This document shows, one piece after another, positions 1-13,049 of a stretch of DNA of 64,000 nucleotides. The notes below the pieces were generated by a model. The model was not told the origin of the DNA. It did no database searches and saw only the letters and a list, made by a program, of their open reading frames with translations. The DNA comes from Mobula hypostoma (taxonomy: Eukaryota): contig NC_086097.1 in assembly GCF_963921235.1 (NCBI RefSeq), positions 171,742,001 to 171,806,000 of the forward strand, written 5' to 3'. The translations under genes and the position numbers were made by a program. Position 1 is the first letter of the stretch. Every line of letters begins with the position of its first letter.

Positions 1-991
1 ACAAGGGAGCTGGTTGTGGACTACAGGAAGAATGGAGACAGGTTAACCCCTATTGACATCAATCAATCTGGGGTTGAGAGGTTGAACAGCTTTAAATTCC
101 TCAGCATACACATCTGTACAAACCGCCTCTGTGATGAAAAAGGCGTAACATAGAAAATAGGTGCAGCAGTAGGCCATTCGGCCCTTCGAGCCTGCACCAC
201 CATTCAGTATGATCATGGCTGATCATCCAACTCAGAACCCTGTACCAGCCTTCCCTCCATACCCCGATCCCTTTAGCCACAAGGGCCATATCTAACTCCC
301 TCTTAAATATAGCCAATGAACTGGCCTCAACTGTTTCCTGTGGCAGAGAATTCCACAGATTCACCACTCTCTGTGTGAAGAAGTTTTTCCTAATCTCGGT
401 CCTAAAAGGCTTCCCCTTTATCCTCAAACTGTAACAGCACCTCTTTCACCTCAGGCGGTTGAAATAGTTTGGTATGGGCCCCCAGATCCTAAGAACTTTC
501 TACAGAGGCACAATTGAGAGCATCCTGACTGGCTGCATCACTGCCCGGTATGGGAACTGTACTTCCCTCAATCGCAGGACTCTGCAGAGAGTAGAGCCGG
601 CAACCCAGTGCATCTGTAAATGTGAGCGTCCCACTATTCAGAACATTTACAACGACAAGTGTGCAAAAAGGGCCTGAAGGATCACTGGGGACCCAAATCA
701 CCCCAACCACAAACTGCTCCAGCTGCTACCATCCGGGAAACAGTTCCGCAGCATAAAAGCCAGGACCAACAGGCTCCGGGACAGCTTCTTCCACCAGGCC
801 ATCAGACTGATTAATTAATTCATGCTAATACAATCATATTTCTATGTTATATTAACTGTCCTGTTGTACATACTATTTATTATAAATTACTATAAATTGC
901 ACACTGCACATTTAGATGGAGACATAAAGTAAAGATTTTTACTCCTCATCTATATGAAGGATATAAGTAATAAAGTCAATTCAATTCAATT
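1..991 (+). mobile_element. Rex1/Babar LINE 3' part (post-RT region and tail), interrupted by a CR1 insertion
   Basis: Translates TRELVVDYRK...VERLNSFKFL and FYRGTIESILTGCITARYGNC; ends in a (TCAAT)n tail at ~975-991. Confidence 0.85.
151..430 (-). mobile_element. Young CR1 LINE 3' end nested in Rex1
   Basis: RIKGKPFRTEIRKNFFTQRVVNLWNSLP C-terminus plus 3' UTR; flanked by GTAACA at 145-150 and 431-436. Confidence 0.9.
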
Positions 992-1959
992 AATTCTGTT
1001 GTCATCTGTCAGAAGTTTGTATGCTCTCCCATTGAACTGCCTGGCTTAGCTCTGGGTGGTCCGTTTTCTCCCACAGTGAATGATAATGGGAATGTGAGGG
1101 GGAGTAAGCTGGAGGAAACTGAGTGAATGTGAAGTTATTCAGATAATTGCCCAAGGATCAATACATAAAATGGCCTTCCTTCCATAATGTCAGAAAAGTA
1201 TGAGAAGATTATACTTTGGCAACATGACCATTTCAAAGAAGCTTGCAAAATCATCTTTCCTGACAGATTTTTATTAGCTCTGTCATAAGAGAGTGAGACA
1301 GATAGGCATTTGTGATGATCTAGCAACTTCCATTTCATTTCTCAGAGAATTTTTTTCCAGTTAAATTACATTAATTGGTTGTGAAGGGTACTACACATAT
1401 TGCTGTAAAGATATGGGTGGCACAGAATCAGTAGGAAATATCAGAAAATGTTTTATTTTACTGGCTTGATAACATGCCTGGAAGGTTTGTGTTGTACCTG
1501 TCAGATTTCTGTCTGTCAAGCGTGTTTAGTTTTACTTTCAAATAAGCAACTTTACATTAAAATCATAGCTGGGTTATTGAAGGGATAATATCAGAAAGTA
1601 CCAGACTGTATGGAATTTGTAGGTGTCTGCAACTCTTGCACTAAATGTGATTGATGCTTGGGGAGCTGTGGTTGAAAACGTCAGAGCAGAGATAGGATTT
1701 TTCTACACAAGAGGAAGGAAGGAAGCTGAGTGAATTGTGTTATGATACTGATCGATCACTAAGGACACTCACCACCCAGGATATGCCCGCTTCTCATTAC
1801 TATCATCAGGGAGGAGGTAGAGGAGTCTGAACACCCATACTCAATTCAGAACTAGCTTCTTCCCCTCCGTCATCAGATTTCTGAATGGCCCATTAACCCA
1901 TGAAAACTAATTGATATTTGCTATTACATTTTGTAGTAATTTTATGTCTTCCCAGTCAT

Positions 1960-2970
1960 TGTGGGGGGTTTCAACCAGGCCAGCTTGAAGTAGCCTCTGA
2001 ACAACTAGCACCAACGTATCAACTGTGGAGCCAGAAGAGCCAATACACTTGACCACTGTTAAAGCACCATCAAGAATGCTTACCGTGCCATCCCATGCCC
2101 ACACTTTGGAAAGTCCAATCACCCGGCTGTACTTCTATTCCTGGCGTATAGGCTGAGACTAAAGATCGCAGCGCCAGTGTTGAGGACCAAGAAGGTACGG
2201 TCAAGGTAGGTGGAGGAGTGCTTACAAGACTGCTTCGAGTTGGTTGTCTGGACAATATTCAGGCAATCATCTTCAAGTGTGAATGAATATACCACAGTTG
2301 TCTCCGACCTCATCAAAATGTGTGGGGATGAGTGTGGGCCTTCGAGAATACACCTGACATAACCAAACCAAAAGACGAGGGTGAACCAGGAGATCTGTAG
2401 TCTGCTGAGGGCTAGATCTGTGGCATTTAAGACCAGTGATCCAGAATTATGAAGTCCAGGTACAAAATATTGAATCCTATTTTAGGAGCATAAAAACAAT
2501 TTCAATTGATGAATAAGCTCTTCTCGGGCTTCCAGCCAGGTACAGACATCGATTTTAACCAACATTTCAATGACAAACTCTGCCAACTTCATCAGGGATG
2601 ATGTCTGGGCAGTCTAGTCTGGTGGTATTTATATTACCATTGTCCATCACTCCTGATTGTTTAGTCCTCATCCAATCAGGTTTCTGCTGCCCCACCTTGC
2701 ATGAGGACTAACCAATCAGGAGGGACCAAAGATGGGGGTATAAATACCACCAGACTACACATGCCCAGGCATCACCCCTGATGAAGATGGCAAAGTTTGT
2801 CATCGGAAGTCGGTTAATATCGATACCTGTACCTGGATGGAAGCCTGAGAAGAGTTTATTCGTCATATACGCCGGGAAAGGAACCTGATTGAGGTTAGAG
2901 GTGGAATCGGATGCACATCAGCTCTGGCAGGGCTTGTAGGCCATTACTTTCTACAAAGCGAAACCTAACA
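1960..2970 (+). mobile_element. Rex1 LINE fragment (endonuclease C-terminus and linker)
   Basis: GGFNQASL, TLDHC..IKNAYRAIPCPHFGKSNH, *PNQKTRVN, LEVESDAHQLWQGL; interrupted at 2510-2887. Confidence 0.8.
2507..2887. mobile_element. Palindromic Penelope-like pLTR derivative with a hammerhead-like core in each arm
   Basis: Inverted arms 2507-2671 and 2701-2865; CTGATGA-hairpin-G(A/G)AA in each arm; ATTGA at 2505-2509 and 2888-2892. Confidence 0.7.
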
Positions 2971-3149
2971 TAATAATAGCTTTCATACATGAAGGTGTAG
3001 ACTCAAACTGCTTTACATAGATTGTAAAAATAAATCAATACAGTCATAAAAGTACGAGACTAAGTTAAAGATAATAAGTAAAGACAAACATTATATGCAA
3101 AAAAAATGTAATCTAACAAACCAATTTATATAAATACAATCAACATCAG

Positions 3150-4247
3150 TGTCATGGTCCAGATCGGGTTCTCTTTAAATTCACTTTGTTTTGAGTTACG
3201 ATCCGGACATTTGACTCTCTGTTTCCTTTTGGTTCCCTGTTTTCCCGTGTCCCTCGGGCTTGGTGATTAGAGGCAATTTACTCTCGGCTGAACCAGCAGT
3301 CTGTAAGTCTCCGGATTTCAGCCGTTCTGCACAAGAGCGTTAACGAAGTCACCGAAGGTAGTGCGAGCCAATGTCATCTGGCCGGAGCCAACTAAGTTTC
3401 TTGCCAGAGCAAGCCTAGTCTCCTCCCGAAGCAAGTGCCAGCAAGCTCCCTTCCCTTGCCAGAGTGGGTCAGTCAAAGTTAACCCGCCAGGGTGAGTCAA
3501 GAGCTCGCCACTGCTTGGAGCGTACTTGTGCTCAATTATAGTACTGTCTATCGTTGTGTGGTCTCCGTATCCACATCCTGCGTCTAAAAGGGGTCCCAGC
3601 CCTGTACCCTGGAAGGGTCCTGACCCTGTGTCAAGAAGAGTCCCGACCCTGTCCAGAGTCTAAGGTGGATTCCTGGCTCCGGGGGTTTCAGGTATCAAGT
3701 CCTGGCTCCGGTGGTTTCAAGTATCAAGTCCTGGCTCCGGAGGTTTCAAGTATCGAGTCCTGGCTCCGGGGGTTTCAGGTATCAAGTCCTGGCTCCAGGG
3801 GTTTCAGGTATCGAGTCCTGGCTCTGGGGGTTTCAGGTATCAAGTCCTGGCTCCGGAGGTTTCAAGTATCAAGTCCTGGCTCCGGGGGTTTCAAGTATCG
3901 AGTCCTGGCTCCGGGGGTTTCAGGTATCAAGTCCTGGCTCCAGGGGTTTCAGGTATCGAGTCCTGGCTCTGGGGGTTTCAGGTATCGAGTCCTGGCTCCG
4001 GGGGTTTCAGGTATCAAGTCTTGGCTCCGAGGTCCGTGTTCTGAGTCCTGGCTCTGAGGTCCGTGTTCCGAGTCCTAGCCCAGACCCTTAGACCCAGCCT
4101 AGTCCAGGGCCTGAGTCCTTGTCGATTACACTGTTCCTGCTTCTGCTTTTCTCTGCTTGTAATGAGCAATAAACTCAATTTAGTTAACCTCACAAGACGC
4201 GTTTGTGTCTTGCATTTGGATCCACACTTGCTCCCAACCTTGTGACA
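3150..4247 (+). mobile_element. Solo LTR (Gypsy-like) containing a minisatellite
   Basis: TGTCA...TGACA termini; AATAAA at 4168-4173; interrupts L2; TSD only imperfect (catcag/cacag). Confidence 0.7.
3671..4072 (+). repeat. 29-bp minisatellite, 12 units plus two 27-bp variant units
   Basis: Unit TCCTGGCTCCGGGGGTTTCAGGTATCAAG from 3671 to 4018, with no spacers. Confidence 0.95.
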
Positions 4248-5035
4248 CACAGGCATTAAGTAATCATATAAGTAGGCCAAATTTAAAAAGTAGATTTCGA
4301 AGTGTTTTGAAATGTTTCACAGTACTAGCCTGGTGAAACTCAGATTGTAGAGTATTCCAGATTTTTGGTGCTTAAGAACAAAAGACTGACTGTATCACCA
4401 TTTCTTACATGCTTCACAAACCAGTATTCGTGGATTTAAGATTACAACTTGGGATGTAAGGGGATAGACACTCCAAAATATACAAAGGAGCTAGATTATT
4501 CAGAGTTTTGAATACAATTAAGAATATTATAAAATTGATCCTAAAGGACACAGGCTGCCAATGTGAAATGTGCTTAGATTTTCTTTTTTTTTGGGTAAGA
4601 TTCTTGCTGCTGTATTTTGAACAAGCTGCAACCCATTTCTATCTTTATGAGGCAGTCCTGAAAAGAAAGCATTACAGTCATTCAATTGGCTAAAAACAAA
4701 AGCATGTACCAATTTTTCTGCATCTTGAGATATTATAAATATTTAAACTCTTGCAATGTTCCCTAAATGAAAGAATGCAGTCTTAGTAATATGGTTAATA
4801 CGTGATTTGAAATTTAGCTCAGAGTCAATAATAACACCAAATTCTTTACTTCTATCTTGATTTGTAAGAACAGATGATCAAGTTTATTACTAAGATTCAA
4901 ACTTTTTTATTGCTACCAAGAATCAAAATTACTGTTTTTTCCCCTATTTAGTTTAAGGCAATTCGAACTCATCCATTCTGTAATGCTAGTAAGACACCAG
5001 ACCAGAGGACTGAGAACCTCACAGTCATCTGGATA

Positions 5036-5360
5036 TCATGAATGGCAGTGATGTTTCACTCTCAGGTGAGCTAAACACCTTTTATCCACCCTTTGGAAGG
5101 GAGAAAAAAACCACATCTATACAAATCCCTGCAGCATCTGGTGACTCTGTGATCTCCGTTTCAGAGGTTGACATCAGAACCCCTTTCGTGAGGATGAACT
5201 TTCACAAGGCGTCAGGCCCTGATGGTGTACCTGGTAGGGCTCTGAAAACTGGTGCCAGCCTGCTGGTGGGAGTGTTCAAGATAATCTTCAATCTCTCACT
5301 ACTATTCCCATCTGCTTCAAAAGTGCGACAATCATACCAGCGCCTAAGAAGAGCAAGCAA
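5036..5360 (+). mobile_element. Rex1 LINE fragment (pre-RT region)
   Basis: DVSLSGELNTFY..KASGPDGVPGRALK..VFKIIFNLSL. Confidence 0.8.
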
Positions 5361-5377
5361 GCAAGTTTATTTGTATA

Positions 5378-5683
5378 GGCATCCATTAGTTTCATGAGAC
5401 CATGGATTTGCACCTTGGAAGGTTTCCAGGGCGCAGGCCTGGACAAGTTTGTATGGAAGACCGGCAGTTGCCCATGCTGTAAGTCTCCCGTCTCCACGCC
5501 ACTGATGTTGTCTAGTCCCATGCTGGTGCGTGGCCAAGAGGTTAAGGCATCGGTCTAGTGATCTGAAGGTCGCTAGTTCGAGCCTTAGCTGAGGCAGCGT
5601 GTTGTGTCCTTGAACATTGTTTTGCGACAGCACCGGTGCCGAGTTGTATCGGCCCTAGTGCCCTTCCCTTGGACAACATCGGT
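5378..5683. mobile_element. tRNA-derived SINE with an RTE-like tail and an inverted 5' half
   Basis: A box TGGCCAAGAGG at 5531-5541 and B box GTTCGAGCC at 5576-5584 on +; tail on - at 5378-5512; the same tail recurs at ~20567-20608. Confidence 0.7.
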
Positions 5684-5689
5684 TTCAAA

Positions 5690-8060
5690 TTTTCAAAACT
5701 TCTAAGGAAGTAAAAATGCTACTGTGCTTCCTTCATAATTGCACTTACATGCTGGGCACAGGGTGTGTCCTCCAAATTAATAACACCAAGAAATTTGAAT
5801 TTGCTGGCACTCTTCTCCTCTGATCTTCCAATGAGGACTTGCTCATGGACTTCTGGTTTCCTCCTCCTGAAGTCAATAATCAGCTCCTTGGTCTTGCTGA
5901 CATTGTGTAAGAGGTTGTTGTTATGACACCACTCTGCCAGATTTTCAATCTCCCTCCCATATGCAGATTCGTCACCACCTTTGATTCAGCCTACGACAGT
6001 AGTGTCATCAGCAAACTTGAATATGGCATTGGAACTGTGCAGAGCCATGCAGTCATAGTGGTAAAGACAGTAGAGTGGAGCACATTGCCTTTTGGTGCAA
6101 CTGTGCTGATGGAGATTGTGGAGGAATTGCTGTTACCAATGCGAACTGACTGGGATCTGCATGTGAGGAAATCAAGGATGCAATTGCACAATGAGGTATT
6201 GAGGATAAGATTGTGAAGCTCATTGATTAGTTTTGATGGGATGATGGTATTGAACATTGAGCTGTAGTCAATAATGAACATCCTGATGTATGCATCTTTG
6301 CTGTCCAGATGTTCTAGAGTTGAATAACGAGCCAGTGAGATGGCATCTGCTGTGGACCTGTTACTCTGGTAGGCAAATTGGAATGGATCCAAATCACTTC
6401 TCAGGCAAGGGTTGATATGTTTCAACACCAACCTCTCAAAACACTTCATCACTGTGGATTTAAGTGCTACTGGGCAGTAGCCATTGAGGCCGGTTACCAC
6501 ACTCTTCTTAGGCACCATTATGAGTAAAGTCTGCTTCAGGCCGGTGGGTACCTTTGACTGTTGTAGCGAGAGGTTAAAGATCTCCGTGAACATTCCAGCT
6601 AGTTGTTCAGTTCAGGTACTTGGCCAGGTACCCCATCGGGGCCGGATGTTTTTTGTCAGTTCACTCTCCTGGAGACTGCTCGCATGTCGACCTCAGAGAC
6701 TGAAATCACAGGAAAATGGGAGTTTGTGATGGCTCCTCCATGTTTTTATACTGTCAAAGTGAGCAGAGAAGGCATTGGGCTCATCTAATAACAAAATCCT
6801 GCTGTCATCAGTGTCACTTGATTTTACTTCATAAGGGATGCAAGCATTCAAGCCCTGCCACAACTGTTGGGCAAACTTTATTGATCAAGTTTAGTCCCAA
6901 ATTGCCACATCACCTGTAAGATCACTTTCCTGAGATCATACCTTGACCTCTTGTAAGATGCTTGGTCACAGACTCAAACGCCTCTGACTTGGCCTTCAGC
7001 CAATTGTAGATCCCATGGTTCATCCAGGGTTTCTGGTTGGGGTAGCTTCTGAAAGATTTTCTGGGGACATGCTCACCTACAACTGTTTTAATAAAATCTG
7101 CGACCATTATGTTATATTCATTCAGATTGGCAGATAAGTCCTTGAACACGGCCCTGTCTACCGACTCAAAATAATTCAGTAGCTGCTCCTCTGCCTCCCA
7201 TGACCACTTCTTTTTGTCCTAATCTCTGGAGATTTTCTCTTCAGCCTCTGCATGTAATGCAGGCAGGAGAAGGATGGCCAAGTGATCACAATTACTGAAA
7301 AGTGGTCTGGACATGGAGCAGTAAGGATGCCTTCTCTTAGTTTGGTGGCCTGGTGTTGGGACCTCTGGAGCTACAGGTTATATCCTGATGGTAATTGGTC
7401 AAGGGTTTCTTCAAACAATCCTGTTTGAAGACCCCGACTATGATTTGAAATGCATTGGGATAGACTGCTTCTTATTTGGAGCCAACATCATGCAGTGTCC
7501 CAAGCACCTGATTATCGTCAGCCACTGGTGGTATACAAACTGTGGTTAGGTTATGGAGAACTCCTGAGGTAAGTTGAATGGATGGCACTTGACCATTAGG
7601 TCTTCAAGGCCAGTGGAACACAAGTTTGACAAAATCACCACATCAGAGCACCACCAAATTTTGTTTATCATGAAACACACACCTCTACCTTTTGCCTTTT
7701 CCGAATCAGCAGTTTGGTCTATCCTGTAAATCGAGAAGACCTTGGGTCCGATTGCCGTATCTGGCATGCTGAAAGCAAGCCATTTCTCGATTATACATGC
7801 AACACAACAATTTCTCATTTCCCTCAGAAACAACAATTTTGTCCTTGGCTCCTCAGTCTTGTTCTCTGGCGACTGTACATGTGTTAATAAGATTCTGGTT
7901 AAAGGGAATCTCATTCCTTTGTGTTTCATCCTGGCTTTGAGACCTCCCTTCTGCCCTGCTTCTGGCCGTGGTGATGAACCTTTGTCCACTTAAAGGTGCT
8001 GTACCTGTTTTCTTGAGAGTTAAGTCTGCTGAGCCCGTCTGAAGATTATGAAATCTGTAG
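5690..8060 (-). mobile_element. Rex1/Babar LINE, 5' end to RT, decayed and 3'-truncated
   Basis: APE motifs (ILLTHVQSPENK, KGRGVCFMIN), [46 protein letters not shown]. Confidence 0.9.
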
Positions 8061-8189
8061 TTGATTCAGTCATTTTAAAAGTACATTTAAAGGGAAGTTA
8101 TATGCTGCAAAACACAATAAAAAGAGTAATTCAAAAGAGGTATATTTAGAAGTATTGCACATAGCCTGCAGAACATTGCCATGGTACAC

Positions 8190-9745
8190 CGGCACCATCT
8201 TGCCAGAAGTGAATGATAAATTAATTAAAATGGAATTGGACACTGGCTTGGCTGTTTCAAACATTCCACAAAATGAGTCTGAATGACATTTCTTAGATAC
8301 TAAGCTGAAGCTTATGGATATCCAACTAAGAACTTATACTGGAGAAAAAAAGTCTTGTGGGAATGACATTTGTAACAGTAAAGTGCAGCAACCGACAAGC
8401 CACATTGGGCTTGTATGTGGTAAAAACAGAAGGACCAGCATTGTGGGGACGTGATTGACTGAAGTAACTACTAATTGATTGGAGATCTATCCACCATTTG
8501 CATGCCACACCCCCTGCAATAGAATCAACTGAAAGTGAATAAAGAAAGTTAATGGTTCATACCACAGCATTGTTCAGGGATGGCACTGGAATACTTAACC
8601 ATATCAAGAGTAAAATAGTGTTAAATGAAAATGCCACACCTACATTTTACAAAGCTTGTCTGGTTCCTTATATCGCCCAGGATAAAGAAGTCAGTGAACT
8701 AGATCATATGGAGGCTAAAGGAATTCTTTCCAAGGTAGAGTGGAGCTCATGCGCAATGCCAGTTATACCAGTAGTCAGGAAGAATTGCGTCTGTCAGGAT
8801 CTGTGACGATTCTAAGGTCAACATCAACTCAGTACTGTAAGTAGATCAATACCCTCTGCCCAGCAGAGAGGGCATCTCTGCAAAGATATCATTGTTACCG
8901 TTAAGGATGCAAGAAACATCTCCAAAATCCCAAGACAGTGTTAAAAATGATCAGACAATTATACGCTCAGAGCATGACATAACGAGTGTGAATTCTTTAA
9001 AACAAGCATGACTTACTGCGGTCACACCACTGATGCAAAAAGATTACACAAGTGGGCTGAGAAAATTCAAGCAGTGGTGGATGCCCCAAGGCCAAATGAC
9101 GTGATACAGTAATGCTCCTTTTTAGGATTTGTCAATACTATAACAGGTTCCTGCCAAATCTGGCTAGTATGCTCCACCCCTTGAACTCATTACTACAGTT
9201 CATAAAGAAATGGAAATAGACAAAACACTGTGAGGTAGCTTTCAAAAAGGCAAAGGAATTGGTGACGTCAGACACTGTACTCACACATTATGATGCACAT
9301 TGTCCAGTGAAGCTTATCTGTGACACTTTGCCTCTTGGTAAAGGTGCTGTCGTGTAATGTTATGAGTGATGGACGTGAATTCCCCATAGCTTTTACATCA
9401 TGTTCCTTTACCACTGTAGAGAAACATTTACATATAGTTTGACAGAGAGGCCTTGAGTCTGGTTTGCTGTGTAAAATACTTCAACCTGTACCTGTTCAGG
9501 ATAGAGTTTACCCTCTTTACTGATCATCAATCACTTGTGTCCATTTTCAATCCGCAGAAGGAAGTTCCACAAACAAATGCACAGATGACTCTGCTTATTA
9601 GAGGACACAGTTATAAGACCAAATTCAAGATGGTGACTAATCATGGAAATGTGAATGGAAAAGGAAATATCTAAAAAGAGGACATTCCTCTTGACATATT
9701 CTCCCCAACACAAATCAAAAGTCTTCATATTAAGGTAGAGATGAT
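8190..9745 (+). mobile_element. Gypsy (Mag/K02A2.6-like) pol: protease, RT, RNase H; decayed
   Basis: IKMELDTGLAVS protease motif; ILSKVEWSSCAMPVIPV; SFLGFVN; FTLFTDHQSLVSIF. Confidence 0.85.
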
Positions 9746-9934
9746 CCAAAGTTCAAAGTATTATTATCAAAGTACATATGTGTCATGATATTCAACCCTG
9801 AGATACATTTGCCTGGGTGCATACTCAATAAATATAATGACCATAATAAAATCAATAAAAGATCACATCTGCACCATATCACCCAGCTACAAATGGGTAG
9901 TGGAAAGGTTTTCCAGAGTCTAAAGAATGCATAG

Positions 9935-12900
9935 TGAGCGGTATCAGAAGACTTCTGGATAACTGGGACCTCCTCTGGAGTGCTTGGGACCAGTACAAAA
10001 GGGATGGGTTGCACTTGAATCTGATGGGGACCAATATTCTTGTGGGCAGGTTTACTAGAGCTGTTGGGAGTGTTTTAAACTAATATGACAGGGGTATGGG
10101 AACCAGTGTAATAGAGCTGAGGATGAGCCAGCGGGTTTAAAAGTAAATGATGGGTGTAATATCAGTGTAAGGAAAGACAAGTCAATGATTGGGTACAAAT
10201 GCAGACGTAGCAAAGAGTTACATTATACTACAGAAGCAAAATTCAAAAGGGCTAAGAATGCAGGACTTAAGGTGTTGTACGTAAATACGTGTAGCATTCA
10301 GAATAAGGTGGACAAACTCATGGCACAATTAGAGATTGGTCAGTATGATGTTGTGTGCATCACTGAGTCATGGCTGAAAGAAGGCTATAGCTAAGAGCTT
10401 AACATCAAAGGAAATACTTTGTATCGAAAAGACAGGCAGGAAGACATAGGCAGTGGTGGGGTTCTGTTGGTAAGAGATGGAATTACATCTTTAGCAAGAG
10501 GTGACATAGGGTCAGAGAATGTTAAATCTTTGTGGCTGGAGTTAAGAAACTGCAAGGGCAAAAAAATTTATGGGAATTATATATAGGCCTCCAAATATTA
10601 GCCAAGATGTGGGGTTGAGATTGCAAAGGGAGCTGGAAAGTGCCTTTAATAAGGATAATGACACAATTGTAATGAGGGACTTCAATACGCAAGGGGATTG
10701 GGAAATCAGGTTGGTGTTGGATCGCAAGAGAGAGAATCTGTTGACTGGCTACCAGATGGCTTTTCAGAGCAGCTTGTGCTTGAGCCTACTCAGGGAAAGG
10801 CTATCTTAGATTGGGCGTTGTGTGATAATCCAGATCTTATTAGGGAGTTTAACGTAAATGAACCTTAGGAGGCAATGATCATAATGTGATTGAATTCATA
10901 CTGCAGTTTGAGAGGGAGAAGCATGCATCAGTATCGCAATGGAATAAAGGAAATTACAGAGGCATGAAAGAGGAGATTGCCCAGGTGGATTGGAGGAGAA
11001 CATTGAAGGGGAAGCTGGCAGAGGAGAGATGGCTGAAGTTTCTGGGAGTAGTTCACATGGTGCTGGATAGGTACATCCCACAGAGGAAGAAGTTCTCAAA
11101 TGGCAGAGGTAGGCAACTGTGGCTAACAAAGGAAGTTAAAGGTTGCACAGAAGTCAAGGAAAAGGCATATAAGGTAGCAAAAGTGAGTGGGAAGTTGAAC
11201 GATTGGGAGCTTTTAAAATCCAACAAAAGGCAATGAGAAACACTATAAGAAGGGAAAAGATGAAATATGAGGGCAGACTGGCCAATAATACAAAGCAGGA
11301 TAGCAAAATGTTTTTCAGTTACATGTAGGGTAAAAGGGAGGTGAGAGCTGATATTGGATCACTGGAAGATAATGCTGATGAGGTAGTAATGGGGGACAAA
11401 GAAATGGCAGAGTAACTTAATGTGTACTTAGAATCTGTTTTCACTGTGGAAGACACAAGCAGTGTGTCAGAGGTCTGTGAGTGTCAGGGAGCAGGAATGA
11501 GTGCCATTGCTCTTATAAAGGAAAAAGTGCTAGACAAATTCAAAGTTCTTAAGGTGGATAAGTCACCTGGACCAGATGGACTGCATCCCAAAGTCCTGGG
11601 AGAGGATGCTAAAGAAATAACGGATGCATTGTTAATGATCTTTCAAGATTGCAAATGTCACTCCACTCTTTAATAAGGGAGGAAGGCAAAAGAAAGGAAA
11701 TTATAGGCCAGTTTGCCTAACCTCAGTGGTTGGGCATGTGTAGGAATCTATTATTAAGGATGAGGTTTCAAGGTACTTGGATACTAATGGTAAAATAAGT
11801 CAAAGTCAGCATGTTTTCTGTTAAGAGAAATCTTGCCTCACAAATCTGTTAGAGTTCTTTGAGGAAGTAACAAGCAGGGTGGACAAAGTAGAGGCAGTGG
11901 ATATCATTTACTTGGATTTACAGAAGGCGTTTGATAAGGTGCCACACATGAGGCTGCTTAACAAGTTAAAATCCTGTGGCATTACAGGAAAGATATTGGC
12001 ATGGATAGTGGAATGAGGCAGTGAGCGGAAACAAAGTGGCCTTTTCGTGTTGGCTGCCAGTGACTAATGGTGTTCCTCAGGGCACAGTATTGGGAGCACT
12101 ACTTTTCAGATTGTTTGTCAATGATTTGGATAATGGAATTGATGGCTTTGTGGCAAATTTTGCGGGTGGTTCAATGATAGGTGGAGGGGTTGGTAGTGCC
12201 GAGGAAGCAATGCAATTGCAGAAGTGCTTTGACAAATTGGAAGAACGGGCAAAAAAGTGGCAGATGGAATACAACGCTGGAAAATGTATGATTTGCACTT
12301 TGGTAAAAGGTACAATAGTGTGGACTATTATCTAAATGGGGAGAAGGTTCAAACATCAGAGGTGCAGAGGAACTTAGGAGTCCTCGTGCAAGACTCCCAG
12401 AAGGTTAATTTGCAGCTTGAGTTTGTAATAAATGCAATGTTGGCATTTATTTCAAGGGAATAGAATATAAAAGAAAGGAGATAATGCTGAGCCTTTATAA
12501 GTCACTAGTCAGGCCACACTTGGAGTATTGTCAACAGTTTTGGGCCCCATATCTCAGAAAGGATGTGTTGTCATTGGAAAGACTCCAGAGGAAGTTCAAG
12601 AGGATGATTCCGAGAATGAAGGGGTTAACGTATGAGGAGTGATTGGTAGCTTTATGTCTGTACTCAATGAGATTTAGAAGGATGCAGGGGGATATCATTG
12701 AAACCTACAGAATGCTGAAAGGACTAGAGAGGGTGGATGTGGAGAGAATGTTTCCTATGGTGGCGTATCCAAAACTAAAGGCGACTATTTAGAACAGAGC
12801 AAGGAGGAATTTTTTAGCCAGAGAGTAGTAAATCTGTGGAATGTTCTGCCACAGACTGCAGTGGAGGCCAAGTCCATGCACATATTTAAGGTAGAAGTTG

Positions 12901-13048
12901 ATAATTTCCTGATCGGTCAGGGCATCAAGGGATATGGCGAGAAGGCAGGTGTATGGGGTTGAATGGGATCTGGGATCAGCCATGATGGAATGGCGGAACA
13001 GACTCAATGGACTGAATGGCCTGATTCTCCTCCTTTGTCTTATGGTCT
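9935..13048 (+). mobile_element. Near full-length CR1 LINE (ORF1 esterase end plus ORF2), decayed
   Basis: YKRDGLHLN (SGNH-type ORF1); LYVNTCSIQNK, CITESWL, KSPGPDGLHP, GVPQGTVLG; tail TCTTATGGTCT. Confidence 0.92.
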
Positions 13049-13049
13049 A

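Larger units (their letters stand above)
2975..5035 (-). mobile_element. L2 LINE 3' part, split by a solo LTR
   Basis: VHAFVFSQLNDCNAFFSGLP..LQLVQNTAARIL is the typical L2 C-terminal motif. Confidence 0.75.

Noticed and set aside
3671..4018. CRISPR-like 29-bp repeats
   Set aside because: Units are head-to-tail with no spacers and no cas genes; eukaryotic LTR context
3554..4091. 167-aa and 126-aa repetitive ORFs
   Set aside because: By-products of a stop-free 29-bp unit cycling through frames
5521..5590. tRNA gene
   Set aside because: A/B boxes run directly into SINE body sequence; no convincing full cloverleaf
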